From a virus, in the IMG/VR virus record IMGVR_UViG_3300037704_000085, positions 1-64,000 of that record: 64,000 nt of DNA; one strand, given 5' to 3'. The translations under genes were made by a program, and so were the position numbers. Under the pieces are notes generated by a model that was given only the letters and a program-made list of their open reading frames with translations, had not been told where the DNA came from and searched no databases. Within the stretch, counting starts at the first letter, position 1. Every line of letters begins with the position of its first letter. Shown here in pieces: positions 51,653 to 63,500 of the stretch.

Positions 51653-54637
51653 ATGGCCGCACGTTTCGCAGCAGCTTCCGGCAACTGGTCGGGCGCGATC
51701 TGGGCAGCGACCATTGACGGCGCGGCAGGGTCGGCCGCAGTCCCGACTTCCGCAGATGACGTAACGATTGTCGGGCCGCGCACGGCCTGCACGATCAATA
51801 CAACTACTGACGTAATCACGGCGGTCGGCTCGAACTTGACGAACGGTGAAGCCATTACCCTCACATACACCAGCGCCCCGACGCCGCTGAGTGCAAACAT
51901 TCTTTATTACGTGCGGGATGCCACGGCAGATACCTTCAAGGTCAGCACCTCGCCGGGGGCTGCAGCGGTAAACATTACGGCAGCAGGTTCGGGGGTGTTC
52001 TTCTCCCGATACGACCCTGCGTACAAGGTCATCCTTGACTCGACGGCGTGCGCCTGTAACACCTTGACGATCAGTAGCCACGGCATTCTCAGCGGCATTA
52101 CGACGGGCAATCACGCGTTGGCGGTGCAGCTTGGCGGGGCGATTCTGCCCAGCGGCCTGATCGACATCGACATGCGGACCAGTGCCTACGTGTCTACGCT
52201 AATCCTGAATAATTCCGGCAACGCCACGGCGCAAAGTTTCCTGATCAGCGCTGGCGGTCATATGCGTTTGCGCGGGAAAACAAAGAAGGCGTTCACGCGA
52301 ATCAACGGGGGAATCGCGGCGGCGGCAACCAGCGTTGCGGTCGATGATGCTGGCGATTGGGAGGTTGGCGATACCATTGTGCTGGCCCCCACAGAAACGA
52401 ACTTCAACAGCGGCAATGGCTGGATACCCAGATACGACCGGGTAGTGCTCGACGCCGCCTACACGCCGGGTAGTGGCAACTTGAGTTGGGCGGCGGGAGC
52501 CACCTATTCTCATGCGGATAATGCACACGCGGCGAACGTCACGCGAAACGTCATCGTCACGACACCGGGGGCGGGTGGCAAGGCATTTATTCGCTACGGT
52601 TCCGGGGGTGTATTTGCGGCGATTGCCCCGGAAATTAGCTATACCAAGTTTGCAGACTTGGGAATCGACCCGTTATCGCCGAACGCCTCTTTTTTGATTC
52701 AAGCCCCTTCCCCTGTGGTGCCGTGGAATGCCTTCACGGGAAACGTGTTTGAAGATGCGTCGCACTCGCACTACTCGCCCGTTCAAGGGCTGTTTATCGA
52801 GACGTGGAGCGTCTATACCCGGACTGGAAGCACAAAACCGACAGGCCGAGGTGGGACGAACTACCTCAGCCCCTCTGACGGGATTGAGGACTGTTGCTTT
52901 ATCGGATCGCTGCTGGGTGGCGGTTTCGCCAAAATGTCAACGAGTCGCCGGGTTGTGCTGTGTGGGGCGTCGTGGTCTTCTGTGTCTACGGCTTTTGGGG
53001 CCGGTGGTGATGCGACCAATAGTTACAATGACTTCGAGTTCTACTGTAATCAGATGGACATTGATGGCTCGTATGCTGCGATGCCGGACGCGATGTTCAT
53101 CAATCCGGTCTTCCAGCAACTCGCCCAAAGTTACCGGATGTTTCACAGCGGCTACGCGCAGCGCTACCGCTTGGTTAATCCGCAAATGGCAGGGATCGGG
53201 ACGCTAACCCCTTCGATCATGACAATCTGGTCGAAACTCGTTTTTGAAAATAAAAACGGAAATATCGATCTTCAAGAAGTCTACACATCAGAGAGTGTCG
53301 CCGTTCCTACGGTGCAGCGCGATACCGTAGAAAAGAAAAACGCAGACGGGTCGATCAAGCTATTTGGCTCGACCTACGGCGTAGTTGATCGTGATGTGGT
53401 GTTCGCTGTGCTGGTCGCGGTCGGCGCTACGTTGACGCTGCGCGGGTCGTGTAAGGTTGATGCGAACTTCTACAACAGCGGGGATTGGTACGCACCGACG
53501 CTACGGTTTCATGTGGATGGAGCCGAGGTTACCAGCGGCGTCACCAACTACACGGCCACAACATCTGCCTCTGCCGGCTGGGAAACCTTCGTTGCCACAA
53601 TGACGAACGGAGCCGCATCAGCCAAGGTGGTTACGGTAAAACTTCGTGCTGACAGGAAAGGCGTCTCTGGTTTCTGCTGGTTTAGCGGGATTCCGGTGTA
53701 TCCGTATGTTAGAGCGGTACGCCACTACGGCTACATCTTTGACGAAACCAATCCGGTTCGGGTAGTCAATCCTACGGTCAGCGCCAGCGAAGCGACGGCC
53801 GCAGCCTATACCAGCATCGCTGTGACGTGGGGCGCTGCGTCGTCTTCGGTATCGATTACCGAAAACTGCACGCTGCAAAAGCTCTACGACTATACGCAGG
53901 CGCAAGGATGTCTCAACGTCGGGTCGGCGATGCCGCTGACTGGTGCAGGGGCGGCAGGGGCTCCCGCTCTCTTCGCGGCGGGAGACATTACGGTGACCGA
54001 TGCGGTCGTGCTGAACGGTGGTGGCTCGTTGTCGATGGGTTCGAAGGTGCTGATCACCGAGTTTGCCAGCGGCAGCAACTACACCTACACAGGCGGAACC
54101 TGGAGTCAGCTTTCGACCGTGCCAACCTTCAACGGCGGCACGCTGACGCTCGGCGTTGAAGACACGTTTGTCTTCTCCGCGACCGCCGCGACCGTGACCT
54201 GTGCCCCGAGCGCCGACGCCGTGACCTATGAAATGGGCGGCTGCACGTTCTCTGGCGCGATGGTCTTCCGCAACACCCACGCCACTCGCGGCATCACCGT
54301 GAAGGTGCCGGCTGGAACTGACTACACGACCACGACGGCCGGCGGTTCGATCACCGTCACGGTCGCCAGCGCCGCGCTGACCATCGCCGCCAACGTCTCA
54401 CTCGTAGGTTCCGAAGTCCGCATCTACGACCTCGACTCGACCGGCAACAACCTTGGCGCCGAACTGACCGGCGTTGAGTCGTGCCCGACTGCGACCTACG
54501 CCTATTCCGGCGCGGCCGGGAATGTCGTCTGGGTTCAGATTCTCAAATCGGGTTATGTTGAGTTCGGCCAGCAGATCATCCTGCCGGCAACCAGTTCGAC
54601 CTTTACGGCAACGCTTCGCCCGGACAAAAACGCATGA
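51653..54637 (+). CDS. Large beta-rich virion fibre/adhesin protein (994 aa)
   Basis: GGAG RBS; ASGNWS..IW N-terminus; S/T/G/A-rich; lower-GC core. Confidence 0.65.
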   Translation: MAARFAAASGNWSGAIWAATIDGAAGSAAVPTSADDVTIVGPRTACTINTTTDVITAVGSNLTNGEAITLTYTSAPTPLSANILYYVRDATADTFKVSTSPGAAAVNITAAGSGVFFSRYDPAYKVILDSTACACNTLTISSHGILSGITTGNHALAVQLGGAILPSGLIDIDMRTSAYVSTLILNNSGNATAQSFLISAGGHMRLRGKTKKAFTRINGGIAAAATSVAVDDAGDWEVGDTIVLAPTETNFNSGNGWIPRYDRVVLDAAYTPGSGNLSWAAGATYSHADNAHAANVTRNVIVTTPGAGGKAFIRYGSGGVFAAIAPEISYTKFADLGIDPLSPNASFLIQAPSPVVPWNAFTGNVFEDASHSHYSPVQGLFIETWSVYTRTGSTKPTGRGGTNYLSPSDGIEDCCFIGSLLGGGFAKMSTSRRVVLCGASWSSVSTAFGAGGDATNSYNDFEFYCNQMDIDGSYAAMPDAMFINPVFQQLAQSYRMFHSGYAQRYRLVNPQMAGIGTLTPSIMTIWSKLVFENKNGNIDLQEVYTSESVAVPTVQRDTVEKKNADGSIKLFGSTYGVVDRDVVFAVLVAVGATLTLRGSCKVDANFYNSGDWYAPTLRFHVDGAEVTSGVTNYTATTSASAGWETFVATMTNGAASAKVVTVKLRADRKGVSGFCWFSGIPVYPYVRAVRHYGYIFDETNPVRVVNPTVSASEATAAAYTSIAVTWGAASSSVSITENCTLQKLYDYTQAQGCLNVGSAMPLTGAGAAGAPALFAAGDITVTDAVVLNGGGSLSMGSKVLITEFASGSNYTYTGGTWSQLSTVPTFNGGTLTLGVEDTFVFSATAATVTCAPSADAVTYEMGGCTFSGAMVFRNTHATRGITVKVPAGTDYTTTTAGGSITVTVASAALTIAANVSLVGSEVRIYDLDSTGNNLGAELTGVESCPTATYAYSGAAGNVVWVQILKSGYVEFGQQIILPATSSTFTATLRPDKNA

Positions 54638-54969
54638 ACGACGAGAACATCGTCAAGATTCGCAGCCAGCAGATCACGATTGACCTTCCGGTGGAGGACG
54701 CGTTGCCGTGGGTGCGCGCAACGCTGCAACGCTGCATCAAGGACGCCGATTACAAGACGGTGCAGACGATTGACCGGGTTGGCTTTGTGCATCGAAGTGC
54801 CGAACAGTTCGCGATGCAAATGACCACCGTGGTTGATCCGCTGACCGGGCAGCAACACACCTTGAGCGGTGTTGCGGTGGCGATCCTGATTCGCGACATG
54901 GTATCGGCATGGATTGTGGAAGATCGCGGCGGCGTCATCAACGAATATCAAGACATCATCGAAGGGTAA
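54634..54969 (+). CDS. Hypothetical protein in fibre cassette
   Basis: ATGA overlap; DPLTGQ..TLSG. Confidence 0.7.
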   Translation: MNDENIVKIRSQQITIDLPVEDALPWVRATLQRCIKDADYKTVQTIDRVGFVHRSAEQFAMQMTTVVDPLTGQQHTLSGVAVAILIRDMVSAWIVEDRGGVINEYQDIIEG

Positions 54970-54973
54970 AAAA

Positions 54974-56446
54974 ATGCTGATCACGCACCTGAATTTTGCG
55001 GCAAACCTCAAGCAGTCGGCCAATCCGCGCGGCGGCGCAGTTGATGGCAATATCCATTTCAACCAGACGACCGGAGAAGTGGAGTTCATCACGGTCGATC
55101 AACTGGCGACGGTGGATTTCGGCGCTGGCCCGGTAGCCAACCCGCTGACGGCGGCGGATGGCATCACCATGCGCGCCCTCTACAACTTCGAAAACCAAGA
55201 ACGCGCGGTCGATAACACGCTGGCCGGGTTCAAGCGTTTCACCAGCGGCGACTATCGTTTTGCCGGGGCCTACTCGTTCGTCAATGGCAACAAGCCGGCG
55301 GCGGCGGACCGGGGTAAGATTCGCAATTCCGGGTGGATCGAATACGACGCGGCGGTCGATGGCGAAACGACGGTCAATCGCATCTATCACGGCGTCAAGT
55401 CGCTGAACCCGATTCAGGCCACAACGACGCCATATTGGACGCTGGTCACTGCGACCGACGAAACGACGCTGCAAGCGGCGGCATGGGCTGACTTCGGACG
55501 GCCGGGGCCGGTTGACGAGGCGGTTCAGGTGTTCGGCGCGGCCGGGCATGGCGACTTCGACTACACCGCGCGCGTTCTGGCGGTTCGCGTGCGCTCATGG
55601 GGCTACAACGCCGGGGAAACCACGTCGGTTTTGACCGGGATCGCGGAGTTTTCCGGCTTCTCGGCCGGCTACGGTATCGGCGAGTCGCTGAACAGCAACA
55701 ACTCCTATGCGCTGGCCGATGTTTATGGCGGCGCGGCGGTCGCACCGTGGACCGGCATGACACTTGAAATGCTGGCTGTGCCGCAGACCGAAACCGGCTT
55801 CAACGAGGCGGACGGCGATTTCACATGGGTTTTGCACAACGCGGCTGTCGGCACGGTGCAGCAATGCGCCGCTTATCTCGATGCGGTGATGTTGCAGGAC
55901 GCCGACATTGACGTTGGCACGGGGGTTTACAACGGAAAGAAAGGCCGGGTCTGGTACTCCCGCGATACGACCGGCCGGGTGGTGACCAGTCGCGGCCTGT
56001 TCATCGAAGGTCTGTCAACGGCAGAGAAACAGAACGCCGTGATGACGGCCGACGACAACTCGGCGAAGACATCCCCCTTCTTCCCCGAGATTCGGCTGAA
56101 TGCCGGCGCGGTTGCCGTGTCCGATCCGGCGGCATGGTATCGCCTGATCTATGTCGATGGGGCGGGCGGGGCCGACTACGACACGGCAACCGCCGTGACC
56201 GTCAACAACGCGGCGGGCACCCCGATTTATGGCAACGTCGCGGCTGACGTGGTGGGAACAATCATCTTCAACGACTACGACTACGACGGCAACACGCAAG
56301 CCGGCTTGGCGGCGGGGGTCGATAAGAACGTGGTGGCACTGGTGGAGGGGAATGGCATCGCCGCGCAAGCCATCGCCTACTTCACGATCACGCGAACGCC
56401 GATTATTACGGTGACCTGCGCGCCCGGCACCGATACGAACGCCTAA
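54974..56446 (+). CDS. Virion fibre-like structural protein (490 aa)
   Basis: Acidic, T/G/A-rich; ends DTNA like the 994-aa protein (DKNA). Confidence 0.65.
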   Translation: MLITHLNFAANLKQSANPRGGAVDGNIHFNQTTGEVEFITVDQLATVDFGAGPVANPLTAADGITMRALYNFENQERAVDNTLAGFKRFTSGDYRFAGAYSFVNGNKPAAADRGKIRNSGWIEYDAAVDGETTVNRIYHGVKSLNPIQATTTPYWTLVTATDETTLQAAAWADFGRPGPVDEAVQVFGAAGHGDFDYTARVLAVRVRSWGYNAGETTSVLTGIAEFSGFSAGYGIGESLNSNNSYALADVYGGAAVAPWTGMTLEMLAVPQTETGFNEADGDFTWVLHNAAVGTVQQCAAYLDAVMLQDADIDVGTGVYNGKKGRVWYSRDTTGRVVTSRGLFIEGLSTAEKQNAVMTADDNSAKTSPFFPEIRLNAGAVAVSDPAAWYRLIYVDGAGGADYDTATAVTVNNAAGTPIYGNVAADVVGTIIFNDYDYDGNTQAGLAAGVDKNVVALVEGNGIAAQAIAYFTITRTPIITVTCAPGTDTNA

Positions 56447-56449
56447 GCC

Positions 56450-57142
56450 ATGCCGCTCGTTGCTTCCGTCAACTACCCGGACAAGCGGATTTTTCTGTCG
56501 GCCGATTCGGTCGGCGTCGATCTGGACACGATTGCCGTGTATCGCGAGGTTCGTGCCCTGCGCGCGGTCACCGAAGCGCACCAGAACTTCGACCCGATCA
56601 TCGAAGCCGGCGGCAACATCACGAAAATTCCGGGGGTCAGCGCGACCCCGGCGTATGCCCGCCTGCTGCATGGCTGTCGCATCGTTCCTTACAACGTGTC
56701 GCATTCGATTCGCCTGATTCGCGATACCTTCACGGATGACGGGTTGGCAGGGCGCGACTGCTTCGACCGGACCCCGTTGTCGGCGTCGGTGGCGGTGGAT
56801 ATCGACGTGGATATCGCCGAAGTGGAAATTCGCTACGTGACGACCGGCGGCGGCGTAGTGCTTACGCAGTCTCAAGCCGATAAGCTTATGAGCTTGCCGA
56901 GTTCGACCGCGATCCGCGAGGCGGTTTGGAGCGCCGACGAGGCCTTGGCGCTGGCCGACAAGATCAACATCAGCGCGGCCATCCTGCGCAACAAGACGGT
57001 GACCGATCCGGCCACGGGCTTGATGACGGTTTATGCCGATGACGGCGTGACGCCATTGCTGACCGCGCAGTTGTGGGAGAACGCCAGCGGGCCGCAGAAA
57101 TATCGCGGCCAAGGATCGGAGCGAAGGGACCGGCTCGCATGA
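56450..57142 (+). CDS. Virion structural protein in fibre cassette
   Basis: IREAVW; NKTVTDP.TG.MTVYADDGVTP. Confidence 0.65.
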   Translation: MPLVASVNYPDKRIFLSADSVGVDLDTIAVYREVRALRAVTEAHQNFDPIIEAGGNITKIPGVSATPAYARLLHGCRIVPYNVSHSIRLIRDTFTDDGLAGRDCFDRTPLSASVAVDIDVDIAEVEIRYVTTGGGVVLTQSQADKLMSLPSSTAIREAVWSADEALALADKINISAAILRNKTVTDPATGLMTVYADDGVTPLLTAQLWENASGPQKYRGQGSERRDRLA

Positions 57143-57498
57143 TCGTGACACGTGGGTTGGGCAAGGGGATGTATCGCGGCGCGATTGTTGCGGCCGGGCT
57201 CGCGTTCGTCGTGGCAAGCGCGCCGGTCGAACAGGCGACTGCGCCGATGGTGCCGACATGGGTCGGCCTGCCGGAGCGCGGCAAGATCAGCCGGACGGGG
57301 CTGCACGTCTGCCAGCTATCGCGGGCGGCGGCGGGCGTCCGGGCGAGCCCGGCGGCGCTGGCAACGGTACAAACCGCGTATCTCGACCGGGTAGGCGCGG
57401 GCGCTCGCGCGTCGCCGCCAAGCGTCGATTGTGCAACCGTGGTGCCGCTGCGCCGGGTGGCGGCAAAAGTAGCGATTCGAACGCCGGTTGTCGCGTAA
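57139..57498 (+). CDS. Hypothetical protein
   Basis: ATGA overlap; MIVTRGLG start; ends just before next late promoter. Confidence 0.55.
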   Translation: MIVTRGLGKGMYRGAIVAAGLAFVVASAPVEQATAPMVPTWVGLPERGKISRTGLHVCQLSRAAAGVRASPAALATVQTAYLDRVGAGARASPPSVDCATVVPLRRVAAKVAIRTPVVA

Positions 57499-57501
57499 AA
57501 C

Positions 57502-57543
57502 CGGAAAGCCGCGCCGAAGCGCAACGCGGCCAGCCTTTACCCT
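57502..57543 (+). promoter_or_regulatory. Putative late promoter of darB-like gene
   Basis: CGGAAAGC 57502 and TACCCT 57538 (+36). Confidence 0.65.
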
Positions 57544-57570
57544 AGCGGGAGTTCATTGGAGACCTCCCGC

Positions 57571-60500
57571 ATGTTCCGCTCGTTCCTTGATGACGCCACC
57601 AGCAAGCTCAGTAAACTGAGCCTTTCCTCGCTGCTGGCGCAAAAAATCGTGCCCTTGATGGGCGAAAAAAAGAAAGAATCACCGAACCGAATGACGGTGC
57701 TGTCGCTGACGCGCAGCATGGTCGATATCCTCTCGCAGTTGGGCGCGATGACGGCGAAAGCGGTCGAAGTCGTGGCCGGGGCGGCGAAGTTTTTCCCGCA
57801 AGAGCAGCGCCGTACCAAGGGCGCGCGGCAGAAAGACAATGACGCCGCGCTGGCGCTGATGGCGAAGCTGCGCAGCGAAGGCCGCGAGGCGACCGATCAG
57901 GAACGCGCCGTGCTGGCGCGCTTCTCTGGCTACGGCGGCGGGCTGGTCGATCCGGAAGGCAAGGAAGGTTCGCCCTACGAGTATTACACCCCGACCCCGG
58001 TAGCGGCCGGCACGTGGGAACTCCTGAAGGGCTTGGGTTTTGCCGGCGGCAAGGTGTTGGACCCCTGCGCCGGCTCCGGCGTCTTTGCGGCGACCCGGCC
58101 GGATAACGCCGTCATCGATCAGGTGGAGCTTTCCAGCCTGTCCGGCGGCGTCAATGCGCTGGTCAATGCCGGTCCCGGCGTGACGACCAAAATTAGCCCC
58201 TTCGAAGCCGTCGCGGCGACGCTGCCGGACGAGTCCTACGATGCCGTGGTGACCAACGTACCCTTCGGCGACGCCGGCCTGCGCGAACACGCGCACAAGG
58301 ACGACAAGCTGCAAAGCGCCTCGCTTGAGGCGTATTTCATCCTGCGCACGATGGACAAGCTGAAGCCGGGCGGGCTGGCCGCATTCATCACGCCGCCGCG
58401 CATCGTGTCGGGCACTGATGCCGCGATGGAAGACCTGCGCTTCAAGGTTTCTCTGCGCGCCGAGTTTCTCGGCGCGTACCGCCTGCCGAACAAGGTTTTT
58501 CAGGACGCCTCCGACGCCGACACGATTGTCGATATCATCGCGTTCCGCAAGCACTCTCGCGGGGCCAAGCAGAAAATTGACGAACTCGCCGCCGAAAACA
58601 TCGACGTGCTGCGCGACAAGGCCGTGTTGTGGCCGGAGTTCCTTGAAGGCAAGTATTTCCGGGGCGAGGGCCTGAAGTTCCAGTTGGGCGAGTTCAAGGC
58701 CAAAGACCCGGCCAAGCTGCGCGACGTTGACCGGGTGATTTCGGACGAGAAAGACACGGCCGCAATCGCCAAGATGATCCGCAAGTTTCCGGGGTCGCGG
58801 ATCGATTGGGCCGGGCTAGATGCCGAGGAAACCGCGCCGATCCTCTATCAAGACGGCGACGTGCTGTATCAGGACGGCCAGACGCTCGAATACCGCGCCG
58901 GCAAGTGGCTGGTCCGCGAGCAGGATGCGAGTAGCGTCAACCTCGCCGAGACCGGCAACCAACTGACCACGGCCCTGAACGCCGTCAATGCCGGGATCAG
59001 CTTCGCCGACGCCGAATCGTGGCTACGTTCGATGAACGTCCGCGCCATGGGCGGCGACGTGCCGGAGTGGGCGCGCAAGTCCATCTATGCCGTCGCCAAG
59101 CAGGCGGTCGGCGAGCGCGAAAGCTGGTGGCAGGCCGTGACGGCGGCGCTGGCGGCGAAGGCGGTATTGGAAGAGAACTTCGGGGCCGAGCCGTTTCACT
59201 ACAACATGGCCTACCCGGTGCTGTCGGCGCGGCTGCTGGCGGTGTCGCACTACGGCAACCGCACGATTCAAGCGCCTGACGACATCAAAGGCGCGCTCAA
59301 GCTCTTGCGCGTGATCGTGCCGCGCAAAGGCGCGTTCTATGCCCGCTGGCTGGGCAACGTCAAGGCCGACGTGGATATGGGCGACCTGACGCCCGAGAAA
59401 GCCTACGAAAAGATCAAATACCAGTCCGGCGACGACTTCGGCTACGTGCCGCTAGACCGCCTGAAGACCTCGCAGGGCGAAGCCTTCGACCCGCTGAACG
59501 ATGACGACTGGTGCCTCAACCCGGACGGGCAATCCGTGATGCGGGCCGGCGACTACTATCAGGGCAACTACGCCGACTTCCTGAAGCATTCGGACGAGGA
59601 ACTGAAGGCGGCGGCGGACCCGGTGATTGCCGCCAAGATTCTGCGCCAGCGCCAAGTCGCGGGCGAGCGCGTGGCGATGCCGGCCATCGAGAAGATGACC
59701 TTCACGCTCAATTCGCCGTACCTGTCGCAGAGCCAGAAGCTCGACTTCCTGCGCGAGAACGTCGATCCGCGTTTCTCGTTGGTGCCGGAAATGACCACGG
59801 AAGGCGTCGAAGCGATCAACGGCAAGAAAGAGCCGGTGCCCACGGGCAGGATGTTGATCGACTTCCCGAAGATCAGCAGCGCCAAGGAAACGCGCCGCGA
59901 TCAGGCGTTGCGCCGCTTCGCCGTGTCCTACCTCAAGAACGGCACGATCACGACCGGCAGCAAAAACGACGTGGTACTGGCGAACGCCGAGGCCGAGTCG
60001 GCGCTGATTCAGGAAATGCGCGAAATCGTCCAAAGCTCGAACGCGAAATTCAATATCTGGGCGAAGACCAACCCGGACGCCTTTGATTCGCTGAAGGCCC
60101 GCCTGCACGATCCGGCCAACCTGTTTTTCCCGCAGGTCGATGACGATTCCGACTTGGAAATCGAAGGCATCGGCGAGCGCAAGCCGCACGGCTATCAGAA
60201 CGTCTCGATTCGCCGCTACAGCCGGCATTTCTCCGGCATCTTGGGCGACGACGTGGGGCTGGGCAAGAGCCTACAGGCATTGCTCGCCGTGTTGCACGTC
60301 CAGAACATCGGGGCCAAGCGCAAAACGATCTTTGTGGTACCCAATTCTGTTCTTTCGAACTGGAAACGCGAGTCGGCGATGGCCTACGCCTCGACCGACG
60401 ACTGCCTGTACGTCGGCCTGACTTTCGACAAGGCCGGCAAGCCCATCGTGGACAACAAGCAGCGCGACCGCGATATCCATGCGATCTTGGAAAACCGGCA

Positions 60501-63500
60501 CCGCAAGATTTTCATGACGCTGGAAGCCTTCACGTCGATTCCGATGCGCGAACCGACGCTGGAAGCCTACAAGAGCCATATCGCCAGCACCGATCCCTCG
60601 TTTTTCGAAGCCAGCGAAAAGAAGGCCGACGAAATCCGCGCCGCGAAGAAACAGCAAGCCCTGATGGACACCGGCAAGAAGTCGGCGGCGCTGCCGTATT
60701 TCGAAGACATGGGCGTCGATTCGCTGGTCATAGACGAAGCGCACATGGCGAAGAATAGCCGCCTGTTAAGCGACTTTAAGAGCGCCAAGTATCTGGCCTC
60801 GTCGGTGGCGTCGGATCGCGGACTGGATATGCAGATCAAGTGCTGGTTCGTGCGCAGCCACAGCGCCAACAAGGACGGAGTGCTGGCACTTTCGGCCACT
60901 CCGATCACCAATAGCCCGCTGGAAATCTACTCCATGCTGACGCTGGCGGTCGGCGAGCAGGAATTGAACCGCCGGCTGGGCATCATGGGCGGCGACGACT
61001 TCATGAACGCCTTCACCGACGTTCAGGAGCAGGAAGAGCCCGACCTGATCGGCCGTCCGCGCGCCGGCCGGGTGTTCTTGGGCCTGCAAAACGTCACCAT
61101 GTTGCGCACAGCGCTGCAACAGATCGCGATCATCCGCGACAAGAACGACGTTGGGATGGCGATTTCCGTGCCGGAAGAGGACGGCGTTTCGACCAAGGTC
61201 GAACTCGACGCCGAGTCAAAGCGCAAGCTGGCTTATTACAAGTCGATTTACGAAGCCGCCCGGCTGATGCAAAAGGACGAAGCGCTGCCGGAACAGGAAC
61301 AGGCGGTCGAAGCCTACTGCGCGCAGAGCGGCGAGTCGGTCGATTTGGTGGCGCACCCGTTCAACCTGATCAACAAGATGGCGAAGTTGATCATGGATCA
61401 GGAACTGGACAAGGACGGCAGTTTTTACCAGTTCAGCGCCGCACAGGGCGACGCGGCCAAGGTCGCGGTCGGCCAGTTCAACAACAAGAACTTCAAGGAA
61501 AAGCGCGACCGGCCGGGCCTGCTGACCGATCCGAAAAACGTGTCGATGAAGGTCCGCAAGGACGACAACGACAACGAGAAGGCGGAATACACGATTCTGG
61601 TCAAGGCGTGGATCGACGGCAACCAGATCGTGATCGATACCGACGACCACAACACCCAAAGCAAGTTTTTGGAGATTGCCGACAAGGCCGGGCTCGACCT
61701 CGACGTGAAGATCAGTCCGAAGCTCGCGGCGATGCTCGAAAACGTCAAAAAGGAACTGGCGAACCCGAAGGCCGGGCGCGGCACCGATGCGCAGGGCAAC
61801 CCGCTGCCGAGGCTCGCCAAGCAGATCATCTTCTGCGACATGCTGGGCATGCACAACAAGATCAAGCTGGCGCTCAAGCGGGTCGGTATCAAGCCGTCGC
61901 AAGTCGCCATCGTCAATGCGCAGGCGATCAGCGATCCGGCCGACATGCAGGACGTGCAGGACGGCTTCAACGCCGAACACGAAGAGAACCGCTATCGCGT
62001 CATCATCGCCAACAAGAAAGCCGAAGTCGGCATTAACCTGCAAGTCGGCACGCAGGCGATACATCACCTGTCGATTGGCTGGACCCCGGACAGCCTGCAA
62101 CAGCGCAACGGGCGCGGCGTCCGGCAGGGCAACTACCTGCAACGCGTGACCGTCTATCACTACGACGCCAACGGCTCGTTTGACGAATACAAGCGCATGC
62201 TGGTCGGCAAGAAAGACGACTGGATCGGCAAGGTGATCGGCAAGCATGGCGATGTCGAGAATATCCAGATCGGCGGCGAACTGTCCGAGAAGGAAATGCA
62301 CGACCTGATCATGTCGTCGGGCGACGCCGGGGCGATGGAGAAGGCGCGCGAGCAGATCGAACGGCGCGAGCGCGAACGCATGCGCGACGCGGCGCGTGGC
62401 AATCAGGTACAGATTCTGCGGATCATTGAAGGGCAAAACAACTGGCTGAAGAATCACGCCGACGCGACCGCCTACCGCAACGCCAAGATTTTCGAATATC
62501 TCGACCTGACTTGGCAGGCCGAGGAACTGGCGGCGAAGATTGGCCGCAGCACCAGCGAGCGCGTGATTGCGACGCTGAAGAAGCAAAAGGCCGATGTGGA
62601 CGCGCGGGCGGCGACGCTGGGCGGCTTATTGGAGGGATCGAGTTTTGTTCCGGCCGGACAATACGACTACCAAGGCAACGGACACGCCAAGGTCGATACG
62701 CCGATCAGCGGCAAGGGCTACAAGCTGCAAGAATACGGCCGCGACAAGGGGCAACCGCAATTTCGCGGCAAACTCAATCCCGACTCGGCGCTGGGCCAGC
62801 GCTACGCCGCCGAGCGCGCCGGCAAGGGAAAGGCGCTGCAACAAGCGCGCGACGACTACAAGGGCCAAGCCGCACGGCAAGGCGCGTATTCCGACAGCAC
62901 CCTGAAGGCATTCGAAACCGGCGAAGGCAAGATTATCGGCGGCGTGCTGCTGATGCAGGGCATGGTGGGGATTCACAAGGGCGAATACTGGATTGCCGAA
63001 ACACCGTCGAAGCTGGTCCTGCCGATTGACGGTCGCAGCATGCCGTCCGGCGCGGCGGTCAGCGGCTTCGAGTTCGTCGGCCCGGCCGATGCAGACGAGG
63101 ATTGGCTTCCGGTCGCAACGAATCTTGCACGGGTCGATGAACAGACCATCGCGCAGAACAAGGCCGATGGCTTCGAGATTGGCGACAAGCGGCTGTATTC
63201 GACCTGCTCGCCGGAAATCGCGGCGCTGGTCAAGCTGGTTCCGACCGGCAAGCTCGCCTATCCGAACAACCTCTACCTGAAGGCCCCGTTGTTCCGCTTC
63301 CCGATCAACCCGGAGCAGGCAACGACGCCGCTACTGAAGGCGATTGTCGCGCAGCAGGCCGAGGCGATTGAGTGGAAACACGAAACGGACCAGTGGGAAA
63401 GAAAAACCTCACGCGTCCGGGCGCTGAACATCCACAAGGTCGAACCGGAAGGCGTGCGCTACGACGGCCGTTCGGCGGCGCTGATCACGTTCGCTATCGC

